In this document: piece after piece, positions 13,646 through 26,000 of the stretch
Numbering within the stretch: position 1 is the first letter of the stretch
How the letters are laid out: each line of letters begins with the position of its first letter
Source: Takakia lepidozioides
Taxonomy: Eukaryota; Plantae; Bryophyta
NCBI GenBank assembly: GCA_030704615.1
Contig: CM060732.1
Location: 78,120,001-78,184,000, forward strand
Reading direction: 5' to 3'
Length of the DNA: 64,000 nucleotides
Notes under the pieces: generated by a model
Databases searched by the model: none
The model's input: only the letters and a program-made list of their open reading frames with translations
Told to the model about the DNA's origin: nothing
Position numbers and translations under genes: made by a program

Positions 13646-13663
13646 GGACCATGCGGCTGGACA
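13618..13663 (+). promoter_or_regulatory. Putative -1 ribosomal frameshift signal (gag-pol)
   Basis: GGAAAAC at 13618-13624, a 5-nt spacer, then stem TGTCCAGTC (13630-13638) pairing with GGCTGGACA (13655-13663). pol is in the -1 frame relative to gag. Confidence 0.65.
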
Positions 13664-16600
13664 CCACAAATTCATTACCGAAAAAAAGTCTTTTTCTACC
13701 TCCAGACCCTGCACCTTGCTTCACAGTTCCGGTAAAAATCAGAGTGCAAAATCGAGATATTGCTGTAGAAGCACTTTTGGACTCAGGAGCTTCAGCTTGT
13801 TTTATGGACAAAAACTTTGCGAAGCACCACAATTTAATGCTTGTAAAGAAGAAAATTTTGGCCCCCGTTGAAGTCATCGATGGACAACCGTTAACATCAG
13901 GAAATGTGGACCATGAAACTCGACCACTTGAAGTGAAGCTTAAAGAACAAGCATCACATATTGTTTTCAATGTCATCCAGTCTCCAACGAATCATGTGAT
14001 CTTTGGACTTCCTTGGTTCGTACTTCATAATCCCGACATCGACTGGCGATCGCGAAAAAACTCTGCAAGACAAAAATGTAGAAATATCAAAGGTATTCAA
14101 CCCATATTCCTTGGAGCTAGAGCTTTCATGAGAGCTACCAAAAAGGAGGCGACATTTGCACTTTATGCAATTCCGATCAAGACCACAATAAACAAATGTA
14201 CTTCAACATTACCCGCTCAATATCAAGATTTTAAAGATATATTCGAGAAGAAAAATGCAGACATGTTGCCAGAACATCGACCTTATGACTGTGCAATTGA
14301 GTTACAAGAAGAAGCCCAACCACCATTTGGCCCAATCTATAACTTATCCCAGACGGAGTTGGCTGCATTACGTGAATACATTGATGAAAATTTGTCGAAG
14401 CACTTATTCAAAATCACCCGCAGGGGCGCCTATCTTGTTTGTGAAAAAAAAAGACGGATCATTACGCATGTGTGTCGACTATCGCGGTTTCAACAAAGTC
14501 ACAATCAAGAATCGTTATCCGTTGCCGCTGATTTTTGGGCTTCTCGACCAGCTGAGACGAGCGAAGATTTTCACCAAAATCGACTTGAGAGGAACCTATA
14601 ACTTTGTATGGATAAAAGAAGGAGACGAATGGAAAACAACTTTTCGATCAAGGTATGGACATTTTGAATACAGTGTTATGCCTTTCAGTCTTACCAATGC
14701 TTCAGCAATTTTCCAACATATGATGAATGATATATTTCGAGAATTTTTAGATGACTTTGTAGTCATCTATTTGGACGACATTTTGATATTTTCACAGAAT
14801 GAAGAAGAACATCGCCGCCATATACGCCTTGTCCTTGATAAATTAAGAGAAATATGACTATATGTCAAGTTGGAGAAATGTCTTTTCCATCAATCTGAGG
14901 TCGAATTTCTGGGCTACATTATTTCCGACAAATGCGTCTTTATGGATCAGAAGAAAATACAAACCATCATCGAGTGGATTAAACCAACTTCGGTCCGAGA
15001 TGTACAATGTTTTTTGGGCTTTGCAAATTTCTATAGAATCTTCATCAATGACTACTCCAAAGTTGTTGCACCATTGACACGACTCACATGGAAGGACAAA
15101 TTTGTATGGGACGAGAAGGCTGACCAGACATTTGAAAGGCTGAAGCAGACATTTACAACGGTTCTAATACTAGTACATGCAGACCCATCTAAATCATCCT
15201 TCTTAGAAGCAGATGCATCGGACTTTGCACTTGACGCGGTACTCTCTCAATACGGTACAGATGACCGACTTCACCCTGTTGGTTTTCGTTCTCGCAAATT
15301 TTCCGCTGCAGAGATCAATTATGAAATCCATGACAAAGAACTTCTAGCAATTATCGATGCTTTTGAGGAGTGACGACATCTATTGGAGGGAGCTAAACAT
15401 CAGGTCATTGTCTATACCGATCACAAAAACCTCGAATATTGTATGAGTTCTCGTGTTTTGAATCGACGTCAAGCGAGATGGAGTATGTCACTAGCAAGGT
15501 TTGAATTTGTTATTACCTACCGTCCCGGACATCTTCAAGGAAAACCAGATGCTCTTTCTCGACGATTGTATCTTGCGCCAAAAGAAGGGGATGCCGTTTT
15601 TGACCAACAAAAATCCATTATCTTGAAACCAGCAAATCTCCAATTGAATATGTTATCCATGTCCACCTATGACGATGCAGAGATCATAAAGGAGATTCAA
15701 GAAGCACTGAAGAGCGACCATTTTGCTACGACACTACGAAGTCAACTAAATCAACCTCGAGACAACCCACATGTTATAAACGACTTCGAATTCAAAGATA
15801 ATTTACTTTATTTCAAGGGACTTCTCTATGTACCTCCAGGACCTACACGACTTCGAATTCTTCAAACATGTCATGATCTTCCGGCTGCAGGATATTTCGG
15901 CTTCAACAAAACATTGGAGTTGATATCCAGAGACTATTGGTGGTTGCAGATGTGGAAACTCGTGAAAGAATTTATAAAATCTTATGACACGTGTGCTAGA
16001 GCGAAGGGATCACGACATCGATCTTACGGCCTTCTTCAACCATTACCCATTCCCGAGGGTCAATGGTCGTCGTGTCTATGGACTTTATTACGGATCTCCA
16101 ATCTCCAAGACCACCAATTCAATCCTTATTATTGTAGATCGTTTTACGAAGATGACACATTTCATTTCATGTAATAAGATGGTTACCGGTGAGGAAACTG
16201 CAAGACTCTTCCTCAATAATATCTACCACATTCATGGACTCCCCAAGGACATCGTATCTGATCGAGGACCACAGTTCATATCAAATTTCTGGAAGGGATT
16301 ATTTCACATATTGGATACTAAGATCAACCTCTCTACATCTAATCATCCACAGACTGATGGTCAAACCGAACGTGTAAACCAGATTTTGGAGCAGTATCTT
16401 CGCTGTACGATAAATTATCACCAAGATAATTGGACGGACCTTCTGTCATTGGCTGAGTTTGCCTACAACAACACTATACATTCGTCGACCAAACAAACTC
16501 CATTTTTCTCCAATTATGGTCATCATCCTCGAGCAAACCCTTTCCACATGAAAACTGTTGGAAGCCCTGCTATAGAAAACCTTGCTGCTCATCTTGCTAC

Positions 16601-17134
16601 AATTCACAAGAAGCTTCATCCCACCTCGCAGAAGCTCAAAAACAATACAAAGAGTATGCAGATCAACGTCGCCAACTCCAACCCCAGTTCAAGGTTGGAG
16701 ATCGTGTGTGGCTTCTTCGACGAGACATACAAATCTCGCGACCATCAAGGAAGTTGGATTATCAACGTCTGGGACCATTCAAAATTATTCGACAAATAAA
16801 TCCGGTCACTTTTCGGCTTGAACTCCCACGAAGTATGCGCATCCATCCAGTCTTTCATGTTTCATTATTGGAGTTGTATCATCCATCGAATATTCCAGGG
16901 AGAGTCTCCATACCACCTCCACCAGTCGAAGTCAATCAGGAAATTGAGTATGAAGTCGACGAAGTCCTAGACTATCACATCAAGTATAAACGTCTTGAGT
17001 ATTTCGTACATTGGAAAGGCTACGACATCAGCGAACGAACGTGAGAACCTTCATCCAACCTCGCCAATGCATCTGACAAAGTCCAAGAGTTTCCTCAACG
17101 ATATCCAGCTAAGCCTCGAGCTACACGTCAATAA
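13618..17134 (+). pseudogene. Gypsy pol (protease, RT, RNase H, integrase, chromodomain), disrupted
   Basis: Protease [18 protein letters not shown] and YLDDILI. RNase H EADASDF, DKELLAI, YTDHKNL. Integrase IVSDRGPQF, HPQTDGQTERVNQ, GPF. Chromodomain EYEVDEVLD...EYFVHWKGY. Confidence 0.95.
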
Positions 17135-17280
17135 GACGTCACAACGATGATGTCAGCCAAGTTAGCTTCAAGGTGAAGACTCCACATTCAATGTACCTGA
17201 TACACAGTAAGGAGGGAGGAGCACCACACATCAGTATATATAGCTACACTTCCAGCACTCTTGCATTTTGTATTGACGGT

Positions 17281-17676
17281 ATGAAGTCACAGGAACCAGA
17301 TACATTCGAGTTATCGCTTACCCAGCTACCAGATCAGCCATTCCAACTCTCACGACCTGCAACATCACGTCGACGCTCTCGAGACTTTGGGCCACCAATG
17401 CGACGCGTACTTCCTCGTCTGAACCCCGTACGACGGCAAGTGGAGCCTACTCGAAGTCTGATAATTTTGTTGGAGGTTGAGGCTTCGGACACAGAGGGCA
17501 ACGAAATCATGTTTGAAGGCAGCTTCGAAAATCAGAATGCTCAAATCACTGCGTGGTCCCAAGTTCAAGTTGTTGGACACTATCGATGGTTGCAGGGACC
17601 TATAAAGCATTTGAGTCAAGAACGAAGAGCCGAATACTTGGCAAGTACCATTCGCCGGATTTTGGATTTTCTCTAA
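17281..17676 (+). CDS. Extra ORF (131 aa, unknown function) between pol and 3' LTR
   Basis: Stop-free ORF from ATG 17281 with TATATATA at 17235-17242 upstream. No recognisable motif. Confidence 0.35.
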   Translation: MKSQEPDTFELSLTQLPDQPFQLSRPATSRRRSRDFGPPMRRVLPRLNPVRRQVEPTRSLIILLEVEASDTEGNEIMFEGSFENQNAQITAWSQVQVVGHYRWLQGPIKHLSQERRAEYLASTIRRILDFL

Positions 17677-17737
17677 CTTTAAGCAAGTCCAAGATTTTAC
17701 CGCTCCTCGCGGAACTCGACGCTAGAGGAGGGGGTGA

Positions 17738-18337
17738 TGTCACGGACATAGCCTAGAAGAACTTACCAGGAATAAATACCAGAAGTTATCAAGTTACCAT
17801 GACTTACCGTGATTTACCATGATCTATCATGATTTACCACTACTTACCAAGTTATCGGGAGTTTACCAAATTACCAAGAGTAACTTGGGAAACTACTTAG
17901 GAATCTTCCTTTGGAAGAAACTTCTCCATCAAGATACTTCCTTTGTTTAAGGAAGCTTCTCCATCAAGAAACCTTTGTTTAATCTTGAAAACTTCTCCAG
18001 CAAGAAATCTCCATAGGGGAAGCTTCTTAGTATCCAGTATATATAAGAGGCGAGACTGGACACTCTTCAGTCTCGCCAACACCAGTTCAAGCTACTCTTG
18101 TTTCCAGTTCCCAGTACTCTAGCCCAGTTTCCAGTATCTGGTATTCCAGTCCAGTTTCCAGCATTCCAGCATTCAAGTTGTGTTCCAATATCTTGTACTC
18201 TTGTTCATTGTTATAAAGATCGTCTTGATTCCTATTTACTCATCGTGCATTCGGCCACGCCGACCTTGACTTCTTGTCTAGCTTTGTACCTCTAGTTTTA
18301 TCTCTTGTTGTGTTAAGTCATGTTATCGTTCTTGACA
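17738..18337 (+). repeat. 3' LTR of Gypsy element
   Basis: TGTCACGGACATAGCC...CTTGACA, with a TATA-like TATATATAAG at ~18038-18047. Confidence 0.95.
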
Positions 18338-19560
18338 ATAGGGGCTACTTGTTCTTTATGTGTTAATTTCGCAAAATTGTTAGTTTCGCTAAATCCGTTT
18401 CGCTGTGGAAATTTCGTGGAAATTCGGGGAATGTGCCATTGTGCTCACGTGATCATGCCTACACGCTACCTAACCTCGTGGCAAGCTGGCCACTTTCAAT
18501 CTTTCTTTTGTTGAGGATTAAGGCTGTAAGTGACGTAATTGCTATGAAGTGTAGGGGGGGTAGAAGTGGGGTGGTGTATTTTAATGAAAGTTTGAGGTTT
18601 TTGTTTTAGAATTTGAGTGTTGTGACAACGTGCTCCCCCTCCGACACCAGCGGTAATGATAGTGAAAGGGGCATCCCTGGTGACGGGCTCGAATTTCATA
18701 CTTTGCAAAATCCAAAAACAAGAAAATCCTATTAAAACATTAAATCTCTCTAGTCATATGGTGAACAAGGTAAGTGTGTAGCCTCATTAACTCGCCATAT
18801 GTCACTTTTTAGGGGATAAAATTTGCCCAACGGCGGCCCTTAAGGGTTAAGGCACATGTTTAATTTGTGGATAAAGCCTGAGACCTTGTCTCTTTGTCTT
18901 TTTGGTTGCATTACCGTCATTCAGGTAACACAATAATATCGACTCCTCACGCATGACTGGATGGACGGATTCTGTTTCCTCCACTGGTAACTGAACACTA
19001 TTCATCACAAGGAACCTGATCCACAGCACCAGTGGCACGTCCATAACTACTTACACACGTGTTGAGGACGGATAAGATGGTGTGGGACAGGTGGCGGTTT
19101 TGGAGATCTCATGGCTCTCGTCGTGTCGATCCACGCTGTAGACGGTGGGCTGCGACGAGTGTACATGCAACGCGTCACATGCACACTTGACTTGTCCATC
19201 TGTTTCCCAACCACTTCGACTTCTGTCTTCGTCTGATATGTTCGCTCAGGATCAGTGTCGGAGCAGTAGAGTATTTGGAGACTTGTTGTTATAAGCTTTA
19301 GACAGACGTATTGCTCGGATGCTGTGAAAGCTGTGACTTTGCATTTGACAGCAATTTGTGGTAGAGGAGAAGCAAGTGCGCAGTGTGATCAAAGATCTGG
19401 CAATTGTGTTTCGGAAACCGGTGACTGAAGCAGCTTTGGTTGGAGTAAAGATCTGCAAGCTTTTTGTTAAATTGTGCCATTTCTCTCTCTCATCGAGTCG
19501 TCTCTTGAAGCAGGTTGGAATTAAATTTAAGAGAGAGGAACCAGCGTAGAGGTCGTTAAA

Positions 19561-21603
19561 ATGGAAGAGGAAGGACCGTCAATGTACCTGACGTGCAAGG
19601 AGATAAGCTCTGAAGGTCGCATTCCGCGCCAGTTCACCCAGGATGCTCAAGGTGCTGTGAACGACATATCTCCTCCTCTCGAGTGGCATAGCGTGCCCGA
19701 AGACACCGAGAGCTTGGCTCTCATCCTGGAAGATCCCGATGCTCCTGATCCCGCAGACCCCATGCCGAATCCTTTTGTTCACTGGTATAATCTTTTAGTC
19801 CTCTACTAATTCCAATGGGCTGTTCGAGGCCCTCCTCTCTCTCTCAGAGCTATCTATCTTCCCTCCTCTATAAGTGTGTTGGGGAGGTTCAGGGTGGGCT
19901 CCCACAGTCTGATGATCGTGACTGTAGGTCGGACAATTTGCAACGTGAGGACCATCTATGCCCAGCTTGCGCTGAGAACAACATGGAAATCGGATGTGCC
20001 TTCAGAATTTTTTCTTTCACTGGCCTCTCTTCTATGGGATCCGTCGGAGATGTAGATTCAATTTCTACGAAGGTCTTTCTTTATAAGGATCGGAAATTCT
20101 TCATGAGACGTTGACTCTTAGACAATCCCTTGAGCAATAGTTGCTTTTGAGCTGCTTGTGGAGGGCCCCTCTGTTTTCTTGTTTTTTGGGACGTTTACCA
20201 TTTCTTGTCATTTGTCTTGAGTTTCTAGCGGACGTTATAAAGTACCATGGCATTTCGTTTCTTTCTTTGTCAGGACTTATCCCAGTGAGACATGTTCGAA
20301 AGTAACATTCCATCTCATTTGTCTTATGCAATCCCTCTTGAAAGTTCACGAGCATTTAGTTGTTTTTGGGCTGCTTGTGGAGCGCTCCTCTTTCTTTCTT
20401 GTTTCTTGCTTTCTCTTGTCTCATAATCTCTTTAAGCTTTACGCGGACTTTATGAACTAGGTCGACTTGAACATTCATGTTTAATTGACAAGTCGTGACA
20501 TAAGGGAATCTGTGTGGATGGGTGAAATGCGCAGGGTCGTAGTCAATATTCCACCCACCTTGAAAGGTACGGTTCATGTGCATGCTCTTACGAACTATTA
20601 TGAAGCAATTATCCTGAGCATTCTTGAAAGCGGTCCCTGAATGTGGTAGAATTTCAGTCTTGAAATGTCGCTCCCTGATTCTGCTCATAAATATCATAAA
20701 GATGAGAAACGTAACCGAGCGACAAATTAACTGGCATTTGTATAGTTCTTCAGTTGAAAATGTGCACTAGAGCATGGTTTGTGTCAGTCAAGAAGAACAC
20801 TGGAAGTAATTCTGAAAGAATCTCCGGAAGTTAATGATAGAGAAGACCAATAGGTTGAATTACTCCCCTCATTTTCACTGAATTACACATTGAAAGCCAG
20901 TGATCGAATAGGGTGCTTCAATTTTGAGGGATTGGATTTGTCGGATTCAGCAAGGAAAAAATCGAGGGATAGCAGTGATATCGTGTTATCTGCCCTATGG
21001 CAGGTTTGCCGGCTGGATTTAACTCCAAGGATGTGGAAGAGAAGTCCGAGTACGCGGGGATTCACGAAGGTCACAATGATTACAAGGTGCCTGGCTATCG
21101 TGGACCAAACCCTCCAATCGGACTACATCGTTACGAGTTCCGGCTTTTCGCTCTTGACACTACTCTGAAAGTTGGTCGCAAGGTAGGTCTCTATCCCTCT
21201 CGATCGTTTTGTATCGATGCTTTCTATCGTCTGTATGATGTTCTTACCTTTCTTACACCCCTATGATTCTGTCGAAACTATGGGAGGTTTCTGAGACAAA
21301 TCAGAGTTCTGAGAATGGGAGATCAATTGGCAAGGAGTATGGTCCTTATTTTCTCACTTACCGGTCCGTGAACTGTAGGACATCGGAACACATGTTAGGC
21401 TTACTTCCTGTTGAGTATTGATCATGCAGGCTACGAGGGACAAAGTCCTGGAGGCGATGGAGGGTCATATCCTGGCAGAAACGGTTTTGGTGGGCACCTA
21501 TGGCAAGGATAACTTCAAAACAGGACGACAGCTACATGGCGCCTGGGGCACCTCATACACCAATAAAGGCACAGGCAACGTGATGGCACAGATGCATCGT
21601 TAG
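19561..21603 (+). CDS. YbhB/YbcL-type phosphatidylethanolamine-binding protein (PEBP/RKIP-like), 202 aa
   Basis: Exons 19561-19784, 20535-20566, 21004-21182, 21430-21603 (GT-AG, 609 nt, in frame). Motifs ISPPLEW, LALILEDPDAP, FVHWVVVNIP, YRGPNPP.G.HRYEFRLFALD. Confidence 0.92.
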
Positions 21604-23086
21604 AGCATGATGGAGGAGACTGTGCCATTCTGAAAAGTTTCTTCGCTCGATCGATTCTGATTTCTTGAAAACACAAATGGTGTGACCTCTTTTCATAGTG
21701 GTTACTTCAGCGCTTGATGTAAAGAGAGCATTTGAGAGCTGTCAAACACATGTTTTTCATCAGATTGCGTGCAAAACAGGGACGGTCAGTAATGTATGCT
21801 TGTCACCAAGATTTGGTAAACACGATGCAAAAGCAGTGAATGATGAATGTATTCCAAAACATCCGTGGAGTCTGCCAACCTGATCGTCATGTTGTTACAC
21901 TAGCCGGCCGCATCGACAAAAGATCTCGAAAGCGAATAAAAGATCTCGAAAGAACGTAGTATCTGATTTTTCTATTGTTGATGCGTATCATATATCATCG
22001 AGATTTTCGCAACTGTTCGATCTAATAGTTTACTTCAAAAATCTTATTCATCTACTCTCCAAGGGAATGATTGTATTCCATTTCAGCGCCGTTCCACCGC
22101 CTTGCATTGTTCTTCCTGCACCTCTTCTATTCTCACTACCAGTTGACTGTTCATATTCGCTTGATGCTGGGTTTCCAGCTACACCAGCAGTCCAGGCTGC
22201 TTGATTGTATTGAATGTGAATACATCTCCCTGAACAGGGCTAGAATTTGACATATACAATGAGGAGGGAACAATTAGTGGATTGATTTGCTGATTATATC
22301 AATCGTCTGCACTCATAACTGTTTGAGTTAGACCCAGTCAATGTCATAACATACTCTCATGTGTTGAATTAACTTGGAAAACAGGTTGCTACAGTCACAT
22401 TTCATACACTGACAGGAAAAGTTCTGTGAGTGTAGCAAACTACCAATCTCTTGCAGAAGATGTGGCACCCATGTCAATCTATAAACCTTTCTTGGAAATG
22501 TTTCAATACCTTGTTGCTTAAATATCACTCCAGTGGCTGTTTTATGCACGATTGCAGGCCAATTCCAGTGAAACCTTGCACTTTTTATGTGCAGTAGTGA
22601 CAGTCCGCAGCAATGTCTTGAAAGTGTTGTTGCAAACTGGTAAAGTGGGAAACTCTCAATGCACAACAATGTAGCCAGCCAAGCATTCATATCTCAACAG
22701 TGACACTAACTGCTGTACTTTAGCTTGCACATATTTATTTGACATTTGAAATTCCTCGCATGCACTTTCGAAACACAAACTGAAACTTCTCACTTCTCTT
22801 CAAACTAGTTTCTGTCCAATTCGGCAGGGGATCACAGGATCTTAGCAAGCAAAAAGTACCTAGTATATTCTCCCAATCTGGACAATATTATTCCAAGCAA
22901 ATTGCAAACTTCTGCTCCTACTAAATTCCCAACCATTCTGCCAGTTCCTTTCCTACCTGTTTCACTGTATGAAGTGCATGCAGCATACTATACATTGGAG
23001 GAACTGACCTAAAAAATGCATAATTTTTTGCATATTGCATTGATACACTCCATCACTGGACTGTTTGCAAATTAGTGAACTTTGGG

Positions 23087-26000
23087 TTACCTACCTTGGA
23101 CAAGTCCACTAAAGACCTGACTGTTGCCAGCAAGTGTGGCTTCCCATTCAACGGATGACAGCAAGATTTGGGACAGGTTGAAGACTATCTGCTTCATGTC
23201 AGGCCGCAACACTGGGTCTTCATCGACGCATTGCTTGCCTAGAGTTGCCATCTGCAATAACAGTAGGGAGGATTAGCCAACAACACTGGATGAAGATATA
23301 GGAAATGAGACAAAATGAAATGAAATGGTACGTTATAATGTCCGCGGACAGCTCAAAGAGGTTATGGGTCAAAATGGAAAAAACAAGAGAGGAAACAAAA
23401 CCAGAGCCAAAAAACAGCCCAAAAGTAAATTACCACCTCGGAAGCCCAGACAGCCTTTAGGAGGCACAGAAGCAAGGCAAAGAAAATACTTCGTACCATT
23501 AATGGGATGCAAATGCAAGCACTAGGAAACCAGGCCTACATAAGACAGTGCCTAGTAAGCAGCTATATACACCAAACGATTGTCTTTGCCAGTGTCCAGC
23601 AACCTTTCCTCTGATCTCGTAAAAAAGACAGTTGACCGCAAAAGTTCCCTAGTATAGAGTCATCCTGGAGCTGATTCCAAGATTCCGCCACAAGGTATAC
23701 AAACTAAGTCTAGACTTTCCATGGCACCCATAACAATTCTGATAGGTTGAGTGTTGATTTCAGTCATATTGACTAAGACTGGGGAAAGCGAAACCAGCTC
23801 TTTCATTAATTACAGCCCTCCGTTCAAACAGATGTGACACGTTCATCAGTAAAGTAAAGTAAAGTAAAGTAAAGTCTGTTTAACGTCCAGTCAAAGGTTG
23901 TTTGGGGGAAGAGAAACGGACTGCCATACTTTTACCTTGTAATATAACACAATGATTCACTGATCAACTGGCTAATTCTATTGCATTCGCCTGTAGATCT
24001 GTTTATATCAAAGTAGAAGAGGGCACACCTTATATACCGAATCGTTGGGGTACATATCCTCAAGGTTTTCATCAACACAAGACTTGAGTTTGTTCATATT
24101 AATTGGTGTGCACTCTTGCAGTGCTGACAACATCTGCAATTCCACAAGAAGCAACCATTAGTAAAACCTGCCCCAGAGCCGAGTCTAATTGACTCAGTGA
24201 GAGACCCTCAGAAGATACAATCCAATCCTGGAGTTTGGCCGAGGGCTATAGTGTAATCTTTGGGAATTTGCTGGGAAATCTGGATATGAGAACTTCAACC
24301 CAGTCAAGACTAGAACTTCCATGAACTGTAGCATGCAGGTTCTCAAGCTGTTAGACTTCCTTTGTGCCATTGATAAAGTTCGTGTTCCCTAGCTGCTGAC
24401 AGACGATCCTTTCTGTCTTTTCACAGAAGGAAGGAAGACACAGTTCAAGAGAATCAAATCAGCAATACATCCTACTAGGAACATTTGCCTCAGCTTTGGT
24501 TTCTGTCTGTAGACCATCTCCCTGTTTCAATCCACAGCCTGTGAGAACTAACTTGGAGAGAGTATCCTAAGTGTTCCCATTGTTGATATAGCTCAAAGCA
24601 CTGGGGAATAGGCGGGTGGATTACTATATTCACTCACTGGCAATGTTGATGAGGTCTGGGTTCAGACAAATCCACCAGTTTATGGCTCCATACTAGGCAA
24701 TTGATGGCACTGTGTATGCCCACATGGTAATTAATAAAAACATTGGTGTTGGGGGAGCCACATCACACAATGGATACTTGCTGGTTATGGGTTTCCATCC
24801 AGTCACGCTCACATCTTCCTGACTAAAACCAAGGAGAGAAAAAACGCGCAAAACCAAAGGGAAATAGGAAGGAACTTCAATACATCCACAGAAAGCCCCA
24901 AGAGTGACGGAGAAGAAGATTAAAATCTATAATGGAAGTCAGCGTTTGCTTACAATGGCAATGATGGAGCGACATTCAATTGCATCTGCTGATGGTTTGG
25001 TCCTTGAGATGGCCTCTTGCCCAGTGATCAATTCAAATACAACAACCCCAAAGGCGTACACGTCACTTTTTGATGTGGCTTGACCATCTCGCAGATACCT
25101 AATTTGTCAGTTACAAATGGTGAGTGTTGTGCTTGACTTTTGCTTCAAAAAGCATGACAGCTACGAGGATCCACAGGAGGCCCAAAGGCTTTTGGACTGA
25201 CTCCAGAGAGAACCAGAAGCATAGCCACGGACTCAAAATGTTACTAAAGACAGAGCACCTCATTCAGACAAGTTGCTAAGCATCCTCATCGCCCTCTGGG
25301 AAGGAGGGGGATCTGGGATCTCAAAAAGACAGATTCACCTGATCCCATATTATTTCGGGCTAGTGAAAAAGAATCATTTATATTGGCAGTTCCCTGGAGC
25401 ATTGCCTGTAACCTACCCTAGTCCCTGCTTGCTACTAGCCCTCCTGGGGGCAGTTGAGGGTTTTCTGCCTACCCAGGGTATGTGAGACATACCGAAATTG
25501 CCTTACTCTCTCAAAGGACGACTGTCTCCGATCTTGTAGGGCAGGTGAAATGAAACAAACTGCACAAATCCTAGCCTGAATGGCAAATGTGGTGGTCATC
25601 GCCATATCCATTCCAGATGTAGCTTTTGGCATTCAATCGATTCCTGACTTGCATGACAGCTAATGGATCCAAAGGTGGAAGCTGCTCAGTACATAAAATG
25701 TGTAGCAGAGAGAAGTCTTCCACTTTTCTCAATCCCTGGCTGCTCGAAAATCCCTTTACATGCAACCCATGTGGTGATAAGAGTGAAATGAGCTTCAGAG
25801 GAGACAAATTGACAATTCCCTGTTACCGTTGGCTAAGGCTTAGCTTGCTGGCATAGTCCTCGTCGCATCCCAGTCCCAGAGCTGATCAGAGGTTCTCAAC
25901 AAAGTGCTGATCTATGGACCTAACACCGACCTCATGCATTCTGTAGCTATGCGGCTATCGACAGCATGCCTGCCTTGGCAAGAGTGTAGACACAAGAAAA

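Larger units (their letters stand above)
11952..18337 (+). mobile_element. Ty3/Gypsy chromovirus (Tcn1-like) LTR retrotransposon, full length, decayed
   Basis: TG...CA LTRs, 5-bp TSD ATAGG (11947-11951 and 18338-18342), PPT AGAGGAGGGGG at ~17724-17734, and gag-PR-RT-RH-IN-chromodomain order. Confidence 0.97.

Noticed and set aside
18825-18850. piggyBac-like terminus (...CCCTTAAGGGTTAA)
   Set aside because: No matching TTAACCC inverted terminus or piggyBac transposase was found in the window.
19561-21603. Recent bacterial HGT of a YbhB-like PEBP, or an FT/TFL1 florigen homolog
   Set aside because: It has three spliceosomal introns and YbhB-type PEBPs are already known in plants. Its motifs are not those of FT/TFL1/MFT.
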